Shown: positions 8,462-18,605, counted from the stretch's first letter. The stretch is DNA of 57,803 bases from a virus (IMGVR_UViG_3300037422_000254:1-57803); one strand, 5' to 3'. Program-made: numbers and translations. The notes: generated by a model from the sequence alone, not told the origin.

Positions 8462-9636
8462 CAGTGAGATACCGCGACGATGATGGCCGGATGACGAATG
8501 GGCTGAAAATCGCCCTTGGCGGTTTTGCGGCCACTGTCACGATTGCGATTGGTGTTCTTGTTTGGTCGGTGATCGGTGTCCAGAAACAGGTCGCCGACAT
8601 CCAGCGTCAAATTCTGTCTACTGATACGGCCCCTCAAGAGTTGATGGGATGGGCCGGCAAAGAGGCGTTCGAGGCCCAATTGCCGGCGTTGGAGCAAATG
8701 ACGCCGGCGTTTGAGATAATTGGCGCTCCTCGCGACAACGCCAAGAAGGTCGTCAATCTGTGGGATGCCGAGAGGCAACTGCTTGGCTCGACAATCCCCG
8801 CCATGCAACAACTCGTCGGCGATTGTGTCGGCGCCGGGGCCAAGCAAGCTGTCGAACGCCTGCATTGTTCACAGGCGATAACGGAAGGGTCGAACACCTA
8901 TAAGGAGGTATTCGAGGCGTATCATTACGCCTGCGGCCGAAACGCCCCTGAGTGTGGCAACGGACGGCTAAATAAAGGCCGAGAGCCTTGGTCTGGTTCT
9001 ATCGGTGGCTGGCAAGCGCTGGCGCTGAAGAATTATGGCGTCCTCGCGCAAGACGCTGAGGCCGAGGACGGCGAAACACTACCCAAATACTCGCTGGCCG
9101 TCATCAAGTCGTGGGCGGTAAAGATGCCCGCCACGAAATGGGTAAATGTCGGCCGACAGTATCCAGTCAAAACAATTGCCCGCGTCAAAACCGCTGACCA
9201 GATTCGCGATGCGATTTGTTCCGGCTATCCGGTAACGATCGCGAGCGATTGCGGCTTTTCGATGCAACCGCAAATCCAAAACGGCAAACTCGTCAACTTC
9301 CGAAACGGCGTTTGGAAACACCAGATGTGTGTTCTCGGCTACGATGGCGCTGGACAGGGTGGTCCCTATTGGTATATCCTAAATTCGTGGGGACCGAAAG
9401 CGCATGGGACGCCGGTGGACAATTCTCCGGCGGGAGGGTTTTGGGTGACGAAACGGGACATGGACTACATCGCCGCGCAGGATTCATGGGCGTTGTCTGA
9501 CGCCGAAGGGTTCCCGGCTCGCGATTGGCAATTTGTTGATGGGCGATGGGGCTGGCATGGGAAAAATTCTGATTTGGCAATGGCGGCATGGTTGCAAGGC
9601 GACGCCGTTCGGCTATGTCTCGCATTGGCATTGTGA
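8458..9636 (+). CDS. Papain-like (C1) cysteine peptidase with N-terminal TM anchor
   Basis: QQLVGDCVG (oxyanion Q, catalytic C), HQMCVLGY (H), YILNSWG (N). Confidence 0.85.
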   Translation: MTVRYRDDDGRMTNGLKIALGGFAATVTIAIGVLVWSVIGVQKQVADIQRQILSTDTAPQELMGWAGKEAFEAQLPALEQMTPAFEIIGAPRDNAKKVVNLWDAERQLLGSTIPAMQQLVGDCVGAGAKQAVERLHCSQAITEGSNTYKEVFEAYHYACGRNAPECGNGRLNKGREPWSGSIGGWQALALKNYGVLAQDAEAEDGETLPKYSLAVIKSWAVKMPATKWVNVGRQYPVKTIARVKTADQIRDAICSGYPVTIASDCGFSMQPQIQNGKLVNFRNGVWKHQMCVLGYDGAGQGGPYWYILNSWGPKAHGTPVDNSPAGGFWVTKRDMDYIAAQDSWALSDAEGFPARDWQFVDGRWGWHGKNSDLAMAAWLQGDAVRLCLALAL

Positions 9637-9660
9637 TTGAGGCTATTGGGGAGCTTAACT

Positions 9661-10131
9661 ATGAGAACGTTCTTTTTGGTGTCGCTTGTCTGTGTCTCGC
9701 TGCTCTGTGTTTCTCTCGCCGCTTCCGCCGATGATTGGCAATTCGGCCTTCCGCCAAGCGATGCGGTCGCCGTCAAGGCTCGTGGGCTGTCGATCACCTC
9801 GTCTGCCCCTGACTGGCAATTCGGCCTTGCGCCACCGTCAAGGATGGACTACTCGGCGGCATACCAGAAGGTAGTCAACGAAGGGTCAAAGCCTTGTTTG
9901 GTTGGCGTCGGCCTGACGGAGGACCAGAAGAAGATAGCCAAGAGGGAGGCGGACGAGCACCGGCTTGGTTTCGCGGTCGCTGGCTCGCTGGAAGGGTTTG
10001 GCGCGGGACTTTACGTACTGTCGAAGTCGCCGAACGGCGGCGGGATCTTGGTTCCGTACCCATCGCGATCAAAGCCTGTTCCGGTTATGGTATGCCCGAA
10101 TGGCAGGTGCAATTTGGTGGTTGGCCCATAA
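9661..10131 (+). CDS. Secreted protein with duplicated DWQFGL motif and C-terminal CPNGRC
   Basis: Signal peptide ending ASA; internal repeat. Confidence 0.65.
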   Translation: MRTFFLVSLVCVSLLCVSLAASADDWQFGLPPSDAVAVKARGLSITSSAPDWQFGLAPPSRMDYSAAYQKVVNEGSKPCLVGVGLTEDQKKIAKREADEHRLGFAVAGSLEGFGAGLYVLSKSPNGGGILVPYPSRSKPVPVMVCPNGRCNLVVGP

Positions 10132-10286
10132 GCCGTGTGCCGCCGAGCGACGAGACGGAAGCCTGGCTTCTCCGCTTTGCTCGACCATCGTGACGCCGGA
10201 TGGTAGGCGACGATCGGCGGCGGGCGTCAAAATTTCCCGGCGACCCTCTACCGCATTGCGGATACGGTCATAATGGCCGGGATTAT

Positions 10287-10354
10287 CGCCGATGGGCAGG
10301 TGCTCACGGGAGACTCATAACCTCCCAGGGCCGGTTCAAGTCCGGCATCGGCAA
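10287..10354 (+). tRNA. tRNA-like gene, anticodon CAT (Met/fMet/Ile2), truncated D-arm, no encoded CCA
   Basis: Acceptor cGCCGAT/ATCGGCa; anticodon arm GGAGa-CTCATAA-cCTCC; T-arm GCCGG-TTCAAGT-CCGGC. Confidence 0.65.
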
Positions 10355-10393
10355 ATAGGCCGCTAAGGATAGCGGTTATGGCTGGAGTGATGG

Positions 10394-11206
10394 ATGCTCC
10401 CGTTTTTCCGTAATCGGCACGCTTCGACGATCGCGTCGCCTCCTGGAGTCACGCTAGCTTCGTCGTGGCCCGGCGCGTCTACCGACTACCTCAAGATCGC
10501 CAATGCGAATTTTGGCCTGGCTGGCTTGGCGATATGGCACGCTTGCGGATGGGTCCGATTCAATTCGGTGGCGGCGAACCCGGCAACGATCATTCCGATT
10601 ATTGGCCAGCACGAAAACAATACGGCCGATGACTCGTTCACGCTGGTCAATTGCCACGACGGATCGAATAGCCTGTTGTGTTTTCAGCTTACTTACGATA
10701 ACGGTTCCGAGATTCCCATATTGGTCACGTCCAGTGTGTTCGCTAGCAGTTTTGGCGCAATTGCGGCGAGCACGTGGTATTTTTGGGACATCGCCTATGA
10801 CGGCACAATCCCTGTCGTAAGAATCAGAATCAACGCCGACACAGTGAACGGCACGGATACCGTTACGCCGGCAACCACTGGCGTGACTGCCACGTCGCCG
10901 CACGATTTGCTTTTGGGTATTTGGTCTGGCCTTTTGCCGATCACGCCGTTTGCTGGGCGGCAAGCTTCGGTTGCGTTTCGGACGGGATCGTGGTGGTCGG
11001 ATTTGGACATCGACTACCTTTACAATGGCGGGTGCGGCATCCTGTACGCCAACGTCGATACGGCGAACCACCCCAACATTTTCACTGGCTTGTACACATG
11101 GCACGACCTTAAAGAGGCTAGCGGAACGCGAGTCAATTCGCAGGGCGTGTCGGCGCGAGACATGCTGCAAGTCGGGACAATCAGCGGCGCGGCGGGGCCA
11201 TGCTAA
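10394..11206 (+). CDS. LamG/ConA-like domain protein (probably virion-associated)
   Basis: STWYFWDIAYDG, DIDYLYNGG, WHDLKEASGTRVNS patterns. Confidence 0.65.
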   Translation: MLPFFRNRHASTIASPPGVTLASSWPGASTDYLKIANANFGLAGLAIWHACGWVRFNSVAANPATIIPIIGQHENNTADDSFTLVNCHDGSNSLLCFQLTYDNGSEIPILVTSSVFASSFGAIAASTWYFWDIAYDGTIPVVRIRINADTVNGTDTVTPATTGVTATSPHDLLLGIWSGLLPITPFAGRQASVAFRTGSWWSDLDIDYLYNGGCGILYANVDTANHPNIFTGLYTWHDLKEASGTRVNSQGVSARDMLQVGTISGAAGPC

Positions 11207-11649
11207 TGAGCACAACTCGTGCCCCCGTCCAAGGCGCTGCGACACCGGAAGACATTGAGGCTGGCCGCGCAAAGCTGATGGCGAGAGACGCGCTGAACGC
11301 CGCGATTTCGTCAATCAGCGCGGGAGGCTACAAGCCCGACTGGCTGACGGAAGCCATGTACTCGTCGATCGGCGGCAAGGACGGATTGATTTCGACCATG
11401 CAAAGCCTGATGGCGTCGGAAAAGGATTTCATCCGTCTGCAAGCCATGAAAATGGCGGTTGCGGTGTTTGAGCGAAGCGAGGACCGTAATCACGATTCGC
11501 GCAAAGAAATGACCAAGGCAATGATGGGGACCGATGAATGGAAAGAACGGTTCCGCGAGACGGTCATCAGGATGCTGAATCAGCAACCCGCCGAAGTCGA
11601 TTTATCAACTCAGCCACAAGACGCGGTGGACGTGGAGACGATCGAATAA
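11206..11649 (+). CDS. Putative terminase small subunit
   Basis: Helical 147-aa ORF coupled (TAATG) directly upstream of TerL. Confidence 0.5.
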   Translation: MSTTRAPVQGAATPEDIEAGRAKLMARDALNAAISSISAGGYKPDWLTEAMYSSIGGKDGLISTMQSLMASEKDFIRLQAMKMAVAVFERSEDRNHDSRKEMTKAMMGTDEWKERFRETVIRMLNQQPAEVDLSTQPQDAVDVETIE

Positions 11650-13286
11650 TGTGGTCGGCGGAAGAATTTGAGAAGCTTGAGGCGGAGGCCCGAAGGGAAT
11701 TCGGCCTTGTCGGCGGCAAGGTTGACGCCGAGGATCTGCGCCGCGAATTCGACAACATCTTTCGCGAATGGATGGATCATCAGCAATGCGGGCTGAATTG
11801 CTACCGGCCTACGGCTAGCCAACTTGAGTTTCACGAATCGCCGGCGAAAGAGCGAATCCTGATCGGGTCGAACCGATCGGGTAAGACGCTCGCCTCTTGC
11901 GCCGAATTGGCAATGGTGGTTACAGGCCGCAATCTTAACGGGGTTCCGTTTCCTAAAAAAAATGGGATTGTCCTGATTGCCGGGCTGGATCTGTTCCATT
12001 TGTCGACGACGATCTGGCGCAACTTGACGATGCCGGGGGCGTTTCACGCGATTTGGGACAAAAACGAATTGTGTTTGCGGCCGGTGAAACCGGATGACGA
12101 GAAGGATCGACTACGGCGGGCGGAATGGATTCCTTCTCCACCGTTTTTGCCTCGCCATTGGTTCAAGTCAATCGCGTGGGAAAATCGCGCCCAGGGCATT
12201 CCCCGCATGGCAACAATCAGGGAGAACGACTGCGAGTTGCGGCTCTACTCGTCGAAGGGTGAGCCGCCCCAAGGGTTCCGAGTCGATTACGCCTGGTTCG
12301 ACGAAGAGATGGAACACGAACAGTGGTACAAGGAGGTTGTGCGCGGCATGACCGATAATCCGAACGCCCGGTTTGTCTGGTCGGCGACGCCGCAAGTGTC
12401 ATCGCCTGACCTGTTCGACTTGCATATGCGGGGTATCGATCGCTCGAATCCGCATGTGTCCGAGCACTTCCTGCATATCCAGAACAATCCCCATATTGCG
12501 GAGGCCGACAAGCAATGGTTTCGGTCTACGCTGCGGACGCCGGAGCAAGTTTCGGTGCGATGGGACGGCCAATTCCAAATGCACAGCCGCAAGGTCTACC
12601 CGGAGTTTCGGGAGGACTTGCATGTCATCGACCCGTTTCCGATTCCGGTCGAATGGCGTCGCGACTTGGCGCTTGACCCAGGATACCAGACGGCGGCGGT
12701 GGTGTTTATCGCCATTTCGCCGGAGGGGATGATTCACGTCTATGACGAGCTTTACATCAAATACGCGACGGCGAAAATTGTTGCCGAGCAAGTCGCGATG
12801 GTTATTGGCCCTTACCAATTCCAACGATTTCTGATAGACTATCGCATGGGACGCCAAACCCAAATGACTGATGGACGGTCATACGAGTGGCATTACTCGG
12901 AGGCGTTTCGCGAGAAAAGGATTTCGAGTGTTGAGACAGGCCACGGGTTTGCGTGGGGATCGGACAACGTTCCGTCGCGGGAGGAATCCTTGCGGCGATG
13001 GCTTGATGGCCGAATCAAATTTCATCGCGGGAAAACCCCCAACCTCCTCTACGAATTCGGCGAACAGTTTTACCAAAAGAATTCGGCCGGATTGGTCACG
13101 AATAAGCGGATGGGTGTTCGCGATCACGCGGTTACCTGCCTCGAATACTTGGCGGCGTCGAACCCGGCGTACATTCCGCCACCGAAGGGCAGAAAACGGA
13201 AAAATCCGCTTGAGCGACGGAAGAAGTTCTGGCGGGATATTCGCCGGGCGGCCGGCGAGGACGACAAATTTGTGAGCCTCAGTTAG
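11649..13286 (+). CDS. terL: Terminase large subunit
   Basis: Walker A GSNRSGKT, Walker B AWFDEE, SATP coupling motif, nuclease ALDPG and DH. Confidence 0.92.
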   Translation: MWSAEEFEKLEAEARREFGLVGGKVDAEDLRREFDNIFREWMDHQQCGLNCYRPTASQLEFHESPAKERILIGSNRSGKTLASCAELAMVVTGRNLNGVPFPKKNGIVLIAGLDLFHLSTTIWRNLTMPGAFHAIWDKNELCLRPVKPDDEKDRLRRAEWIPSPPFLPRHWFKSIAWENRAQGIPRMATIRENDCELRLYSSKGEPPQGFRVDYAWFDEEMEHEQWYKEVVRGMTDNPNARFVWSATPQVSSPDLFDLHMRGIDRSNPHVSEHFLHIQNNPHIAEADKQWFRSTLRTPEQVSVRWDGQFQMHSRKVYPEFREDLHVIDPFPIPVEWRRDLALDPGYQTAAVVFIAISPEGMIHVYDELYIKYATAKIVAEQVAMVIGPYQFQRFLIDYRMGRQTQMTDGRSYEWHYSEAFREKRISSVETGHGFAWGSDNVPSREESLRRWLDGRIKFHRGKTPNLLYEFGEQFYQKNSAGLVTNKRMGVRDHAVTCLEYLAASNPAYIPPPKGRKRKNPLERRKKFWRDIRRAAGEDDKFVSLS

Positions 13287-13295
13287 GAGAGAGAA

Positions 13296-13640
13296 GTGAG
13301 CGAAAGCAAGTTCAAGTTTCCCGTGTTGAAGGTTGGCGATTTGGTCGGCTATCGCCGGCGGCGAAACCACGAAGGGTTTTGCGTGGCGATGGTTAAGGAG
13401 GTCAACGCCGAAACAATCGCGGTGACGGTGTTCCCCAATGGCGGGATCGCCGCGATGGAAGAAGGGGTCCGCCATGAGGATGATCCGTTCTTGCAGCGGG
13501 TCGATTTTCAGGAGAGTCGATGTTTCTTCGAGCTGCCGCAAACGGTCGCGATCGGCGAATTGATCGAATTGCTGCCGACGCTGCGGCGGATGTGTGAGCA
13601 GTACAAGAAGAGCGCGGCGAGTAAGTCTGCGGTTGCCTGA
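13296..13640 (+). CDS. Hypothetical protein
   Basis: AGGAG RBS; between TerL and portal. Confidence 0.65.
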   Translation: MSESKFKFPVLKVGDLVGYRRRRNHEGFCVAMVKEVNAETIAVTVFPNGGIAAMEEGVRHEDDPFLQRVDFQESRCFFELPQTVAIGELIELLPTLRRMCEQYKKSAASKSAVA

Positions 13641-13667
13641 TCGTTTCGACAACATGGACGGGACTAG

Positions 13668-15848
13668 GTGGAAGGATCTGCCTTTGAGCCGGATGATCCA
13701 TTCAAATGGCTCGCCAATTTGTGGCTCGAAAAAGTAGAGATCGCGCGCAAGTACAAGCAGTCGGTTTTCGGCGAAGACGCCGACGAAATCACCCGTTTGT
13801 ACTCTGGCTCGCACGATTTTATCTACGATGAGCGATACATCAAAACGTCGCCGGGGATGCGAGTCACTCCCGGTTCCGACGACGAAACCGGTTTGCGCCC
13901 AACGTTCGGAATGACGGTCAATAAGGCCGCCGAATTGGTGCAAATCTACGGGCCGGTCCTTTACCACCGAAACCCAGTCCGCACCGTAACGCCTCGACAA
14001 GTTCCTTCCGACGCCATTGATTCGTTGGCGTCGCTCGACCCCGCGCTGGCCCAGTTCGTGATGCAGGGCGCCTCTCGCACGATGGGTGTCAGAAAAATTC
14101 GCGCCGCCCTCATGCAAGCGGTCCTGAACTACACGCCGAATGAATTGCCGGGTGGTGGCCTGAAGTCTCACGTTCGCGCCTCGATCGTTGAGGCGCTGCT
14201 CAAGGGCCGGGGATGTTTGTGGACCGAACTTTATGTTTCGCCATCGGGAGCCAGTCAGATTGTCGGATCGTTCTATGATTCGGTGGACAATCTGTTGATT
14301 GATCCTGACGCCACTTCGATGCTCGATGCCAAATGGATCGCTCGCCGTCACATTCTTCCCGTCTGGCAGGCTGAGGACGAATACGGTTTACCTCGCGGAT
14401 CGCTCAAGGCTCATGCTGAGTCTTACGATTCGCTGGCCAGGTCGAATACCGACTACGGTGCTGCGACGAAACGCCGGATGGGGCAAACAAACGACCTGGT
14501 ATGCCTCTATGAAATTTTCTCCAAGATGGGGATTGGAGACCAACTTGCCGGGTCGCAAACGGAGAGCGAATACCGGACGCAAGCCCGCCAAGTGATGCGG
14601 GACCGATTCGACCAGTTCGGGCCTTTTGTTCGCCTGGTCGCGTGCAAGGGCTGCAATTACTTCCTCAACATTCCGCCGTCGTCGCGTTCGGATGACGAGG
14701 AAATTGGCTCTCGTTTGGCGTGGCCGATTCCTTTCTACCAAGATGGCGAGTGGCCGGTTTCCTGTATCGACTTCCACCTGAATCCGAATATTCCGTGGCC
14801 TATTTCGCACCTGAATTTCGCCCGTGGCGAAATGAAGTGCATGGATTGGGTGGCCAGTTTCATCATGGGCAAAATCCGCACGACTTGTCGAGACTTCGTG
14901 GCAGTGATCGAAGCGGCCGACGAAGAAATCAAGCGGACGATCCAGTATGGTTCCGACTTGTCGATTCTGTCGCTGAAGGGATCGACGCACAAGACTATCA
15001 GCGAAATGATCCAGTTCTTACAGCATCCGCCGATGAATGGCGATCTGTTGACAGTATTCAATCTGGCGGAATCTCTTTTTGAGAAGCGGACCGGCCTTAC
15101 CGACCTTGCCTACGGCATGTCTCCGCACCAATTCCGATCGGCGGCGGAAAGCCAATTGAAGGGGGATGCGACGAAGGCTCGTCCCGACGATATGGCGAGC
15201 AAGGTGGAAGACTGGATGACGGCCTGCGCCAGGAAAGAGGCGATGGCGAACCGATGGCTGATGAAGGCCGAGGACATCGCGCCGTTGCTTGGCCAGGAAT
15301 TCGCCGTGCTATGGATGCAATATGTTTGGTCCGCCAGCATTGATGAAGTGGTTCGGGAGCTGGATTACCGTGTCGAAGCGGGTAGCGCGAGAAAGCCGAA
15401 TCGGGACTGGGAGGCATCAACACTTGACGAGTCCGCCCATGTTCTTTTGCCTGCTCTTCAGCAGCTTTGGCAAATGGGGAACCCATTGCCCTTCAATGCG
15501 TGGATCAGCAAATGGGCGCAATCGCGAGACATGGACCCAACCCCATTTTTGGTTGGTCCGCCTCCCCCTCCACCACCTCCACCACCGCCACAAGCTCCTC
15601 CACCAGAGGCGCAACAATCATTGCCGCCAGCGGCTCCGCCCGCCGCTGGTCCGCCACCGGTTGCCCCGCCATTGTTGCCACAAGAATTAGAGGCGATGCT
15701 GGCCCAGCAATTAGCAATGAATGGCGGCGGATTGTCTACCGGAATGGCTCCTGCTCCGCCAGTGGCGATGGCGCCTACTGGATTGCCGGCGCTGCCGCCT
15801 GGGCTTGAGGACATCATTATGGGGGGTGGAATTCCGCCGATCCTATGA
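13668..15848 (+). CDS. Portal protein with poly-Pro tail
   Basis: 726 aa after TerL; LLIDPDAT..AKWIARR and EKRTGLTDLAYG podovirus-type portal patterns. Confidence 0.8.
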   Translation: MEGSAFEPDDPFKWLANLWLEKVEIARKYKQSVFGEDADEITRLYSGSHDFIYDERYIKTSPGMRVTPGSDDETGLRPTFGMTVNKAAELVQIYGPVLYHRNPVRTVTPRQVPSDAIDSLASLDPALAQFVMQGASRTMGVRKIRAALMQAVLNYTPNELPGGGLKSHVRASIVEALLKGRGCLWTELYVSPSGASQIVGSFYDSVDNLLIDPDATSMLDAKWIARRHILPVWQAEDEYGLPRGSLKAHAESYDSLARSNTDYGAATKRRMGQTNDLVCLYEIFSKMGIGDQLAGSQTESEYRTQARQVMRDRFDQFGPFVRLVACKGCNYFLNIPPSSRSDDEEIGSRLAWPIPFYQDGEWPVSCIDFHLNPNIPWPISHLNFARGEMKCMDWVASFIMGKIRTTCRDFVAVIEAADEEIKRTIQYGSDLSILSLKGSTHKTISEMIQFLQHPPMNGDLLTVFNLAESLFEKRTGLTDLAYGMSPHQFRSAAESQLKGDATKARPDDMASKVEDWMTACARKEAMANRWLMKAEDIAPLLGQEFAVLWMQYVWSASIDEVVRELDYRVEAGSARKPNRDWEASTLDESAHVLLPALQQLWQMGNPLPFNAWISKWAQSRDMDPTPFLVGPPPPPPPPPPPQAPPPEAQQSLPPAAPPAAGPPPVAPPLLPQELEAMLAQQLAMNGGGLSTGMAPAPPVAMAPTGLPALPPGLEDIIMGGGIPPIL

Positions 15849-16375
15849 CTTTTCCTGTCATTAGCGAAATCGAAGAAATCCAATCGGCCTATGTGGTGAT
15901 GCGGAAAGCGGGCGAGAGCCACAACATCGCCGAAATATTGGCCATGCGGATTACGCCCGGACTTCGCGGAACAGAACGGATGTTCTTCGAGGGCCATTGC
16001 AACGGCAATCAGTTTGCTATGGATTCCAACGCTGGAAAGAAATTCAAGCGGGCGGCAAAGCGGGCTGGCGTGGATACGACCGGCGCGGTGTATGTCGGCG
16101 GATTGGCCGATTATCCTGGCGACCCGAAGGCCTGGGTAAAGGATACTTCCGACATCAAGCGAGTTCTCAAAGAGCGGAATTGGTCGGCTCGTGGCGCCGT
16201 GAATCACAAGGCCCATGACGAAGCTCTCACGGGGTTCGTGCCGATTGCGGACGACATTGTGGACCGGGAAACGGCCAAGGAAATCGCAATCGATCCCGGC
16301 AAGAAGGCAAAGATCAAACAGGTTCGCGAGGAGGTCAAGGATCGGTTGACGCCAAGTTGGAAAAAAGGTGGTTGA
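15845..16375 (+). CDS. Hypothetical protein (head module)
   Basis: ATGA overlap with portal. Confidence 0.65.
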   Translation: MTFPVISEIEEIQSAYVVMRKAGESHNIAEILAMRITPGLRGTERMFFEGHCNGNQFAMDSNAGKKFKRAAKRAGVDTTGAVYVGGLADYPGDPKAWVKDTSDIKRVLKERNWSARGAVNHKAHDEALTGFVPIADDIVDRETAKEIAIDPGKKAKIKQVREEVKDRLTPSWKKGG

Positions 16376-16435
16376 CAGCCCTTGACGGGGTAAGCAGTTA
16401 GTAGAAAATGAGACTAGAGCCACAAGGAAGGTGTT

Positions 16436-17476
16436 ATGGCTGACGATACCGCGCCATTGGATGGCGCGACGAATAACGATGGTCAAGGCGCGGCAGCGCC
16501 GTCGCAACCGAACATTCCGGTCGCCGATGTGCAGGCCGGAATGGACGCGGATTCCGGCGGCGGCGCTTCGCAACCGCAAGGTAGCGCCGAACCGCAAAGC
16601 AGCGTCGGGCTTCGCGACATTGCCCGTCAACATTACGGGTTCGACTTCGCGACCCAGTTCGGTTCCGATGATGAGTTTTTCTCGTCGCTTCTGAATACGG
16701 CCCGCGATTACCAGTCCCGGCAAAACGATTTCGCGATTGCCGAGCAAGTTCGCGGCAACTGGGACGCCTACCAAGAATTCCTCCGATCGCAGCAGAAGGC
16801 CCAGCAGGCTGCGCCGCAGGAAAAGGGATGGTGGGACCCGCCCAAGTATGATGTGTCGCTCGACAATCAGATGCGGACCGATGCCAACGGTACGATCCGG
16901 TTCACGGATGGGACGATTGTTCCACCGGAAATCCTGAATCAGCGGATTGCGTATCATCGGTACACCGCCAAGTGGATCGACGATCTTCGCCACAACCCGC
17001 AAAAGGCCATGGCGCCCATCTTGGAGTCGTTTAAGCAGGAGCTTCGTGAGGAGTTCCGTAAGTCTCGCCAAGAGGAGCATCGCCACCAGAGTGCGTCTGG
17101 CATCCTGAATCAGAACGCTCATTGGCTCTATGCCGATCCCGACCGCGAACGACTGACGCCGGTGGGCGAGTTGTACCAGAGACATATTGAAGTCGCTCGC
17201 GACATCGGAATCACCGATCCTGTTGCCAAGGACCGGTACGCCCAATCCATGATGGAGTTGGAGTGGGCACGGAATCAGCTTCGTTCTTCGCAAGCGGCGA
17301 CGGCGCAACCGACCGATCAGGGCGAAGTGGAGAAACAGCGGTTTTTGGCTGCAAGCCGAAAGCCAAGGAATGGGACGAGCGCGGGATACGCCAACTCGCC
17401 CCGAAGAGAAATCAACAGCGGAAACCTTGGCCAAATCCTGGCTGAGGCTCTCAAGGATGTTGACAAGCCGTGGTAG
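16436..17476 (+). CDS. Putative capsid scaffolding protein
   Basis: Acidic, disordered N-terminus and helical body, immediately before capsid gene. Confidence 0.6.
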   Translation: MADDTAPLDGATNNDGQGAAAPSQPNIPVADVQAGMDADSGGGASQPQGSAEPQSSVGLRDIARQHYGFDFATQFGSDDEFFSSLLNTARDYQSRQNDFAIAEQVRGNWDAYQEFLRSQQKAQQAAPQEKGWWDPPKYDVSLDNQMRTDANGTIRFTDGTIVPPEILNQRIAYHRYTAKWIDDLRHNPQKAMAPILESFKQELREEFRKSRQEEHRHQSASGILNQNAHWLYADPDRERLTPVGELYQRHIEVARDIGITDPVAKDRYAQSMMELEWARNQLRSSQAATAQPTDQGEVEKQRFLAASRKPRNGTSAGYANSPRREINSGNLGQILAEALKDVDKPW

Positions 17477-17507
17477 GTTTGTGATTCGTTGACACGGAGG
17501 AAGTGAT

Positions 17508-18605
17508 ATGGTAAGCTGGGCCAGAATCGTTAACACGACGATCACGAACTATCTGCGGGATACCCAGCCCGCGATTCTTCGCAATCGCGTCTTGACGGGG
17601 CTGCTGGACAAGAAGGGCCGGTACAGTTTCAACAATTCCGGCGCCGACTTCGAGTGGAAGATTCATTACAGGCGATACCAGGCCAACCCGTATGAGGACT
17701 ACGGGCTGACCGTGTTCACTCGTAAGGATCGGATCAAGTCGCCGCGTCTCGACTGGCGCAGCTACGAAATCAACGATTCGGTGAGCGACTGGGAAAAGCT
17801 GAAGAATCGCGGCACTGAAGCGATCGTGAAGTCGTTCGAGAACATGGGCAAGTCCCTGGCCGACGATTTCGCCGAGTTTTGGGCGACTGAGCTTTACGTC
17901 GACGGCAACGCTGCCGGAAACGAAAACCGGATTCACGGCGTTGGTTCGTTTCACGGCAACACGCCGGTCGCGGGCCAAAAGTTCGCGAACCCGAACGACA
18001 CCTACGCCGGGCTTGCCACAAACCTTGGAACCTACGGCGGTTCCGGCCCAAACTGGCCCGACGGGAAGGTCGATTATAACTACGATTTCTTTTCGCCGGT
18101 CGTCATCAACTATATTGCGGCGCCCCCGACAGGGTTCAGCAATGCGACGCCAAGCTGGAAGAATAACTGTATCGAAGCTCTTCGGTACGGCATTTCGGCC
18201 AGCCAGCGCGACAACCGCAAGGATGTCAAGCTAGACGTGATTTTGATGGGAAGCTCGATGTACCGCGACTTCCTCTCGCAGTTGGATTCCAAGGAGCGAA
18301 TCCAAATCCAGCGCGGCGAGATGAATGACGTCGTGGCGCTCGGCTTCACGGAGTCGGTCAACTTTGAGGGCGTCCCGATCACCTGGGAAGTCGGCTGTGG
18401 TGACGGTGACACGACCAAGGCGTTCGGCTTCACGGTTTCCCAAATGGAAATTATGTGCATGAACGACCAGTTGTTCAAGATGGGGAGCGAGTACCCGTAC
18501 TACGACCCGTCGCGCAAGTCTTACGTGGTGTCGGTGGACTTTTACGGCAACGCGAAATTCCAGTCGCCGCGCCATTTCCCGTTGTGGGACGATCTGATTA
18601 ACTAA
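17508..18605 (+). CDS. Major capsid protein
   Basis: 365 aa, strong GGAGG RBS, biased codon use, LYVDG..RIHG..LGF..VNFEGV pattern, synteny. Confidence 0.82.
   Translation: MVSWARIVNTTITNYLRDTQPAILRNRVLTGLLDKKGRYSFNNSGADFEWKIHYRRYQANPYEDYGLTVFTRKDRIKSPRLDWRSYEINDSVSDWEKLKNRGTEAIVKSFENMGKSLADDFAEFWATELYVDGNAAGNENRIHGVGSFHGNTPVAGQKFANPNDTYAGLATNLGTYGGSGPNWPDGKVDYNYDFFSPVVINYIAAPPTGFSNATPSWKNNCIEALRYGISASQRDNRKDVKLDVILMGSSMYRDFLSQLDSKERIQIQRGEMNDVVALGFTESVNFEGVPITWEVGCGDGDTTKAFGFTVSQMEIMCMNDQLFKMGSEYPYYDPSRKSYVVSVDFYGNAKFQSPRHFPLWDDLIN

Noticed and set aside
16372-16410. Late promoter at TTGACA/TTGACG before the scaffold gene
   Set aside because: No convincing -10 box at 16-18 bp spacing.
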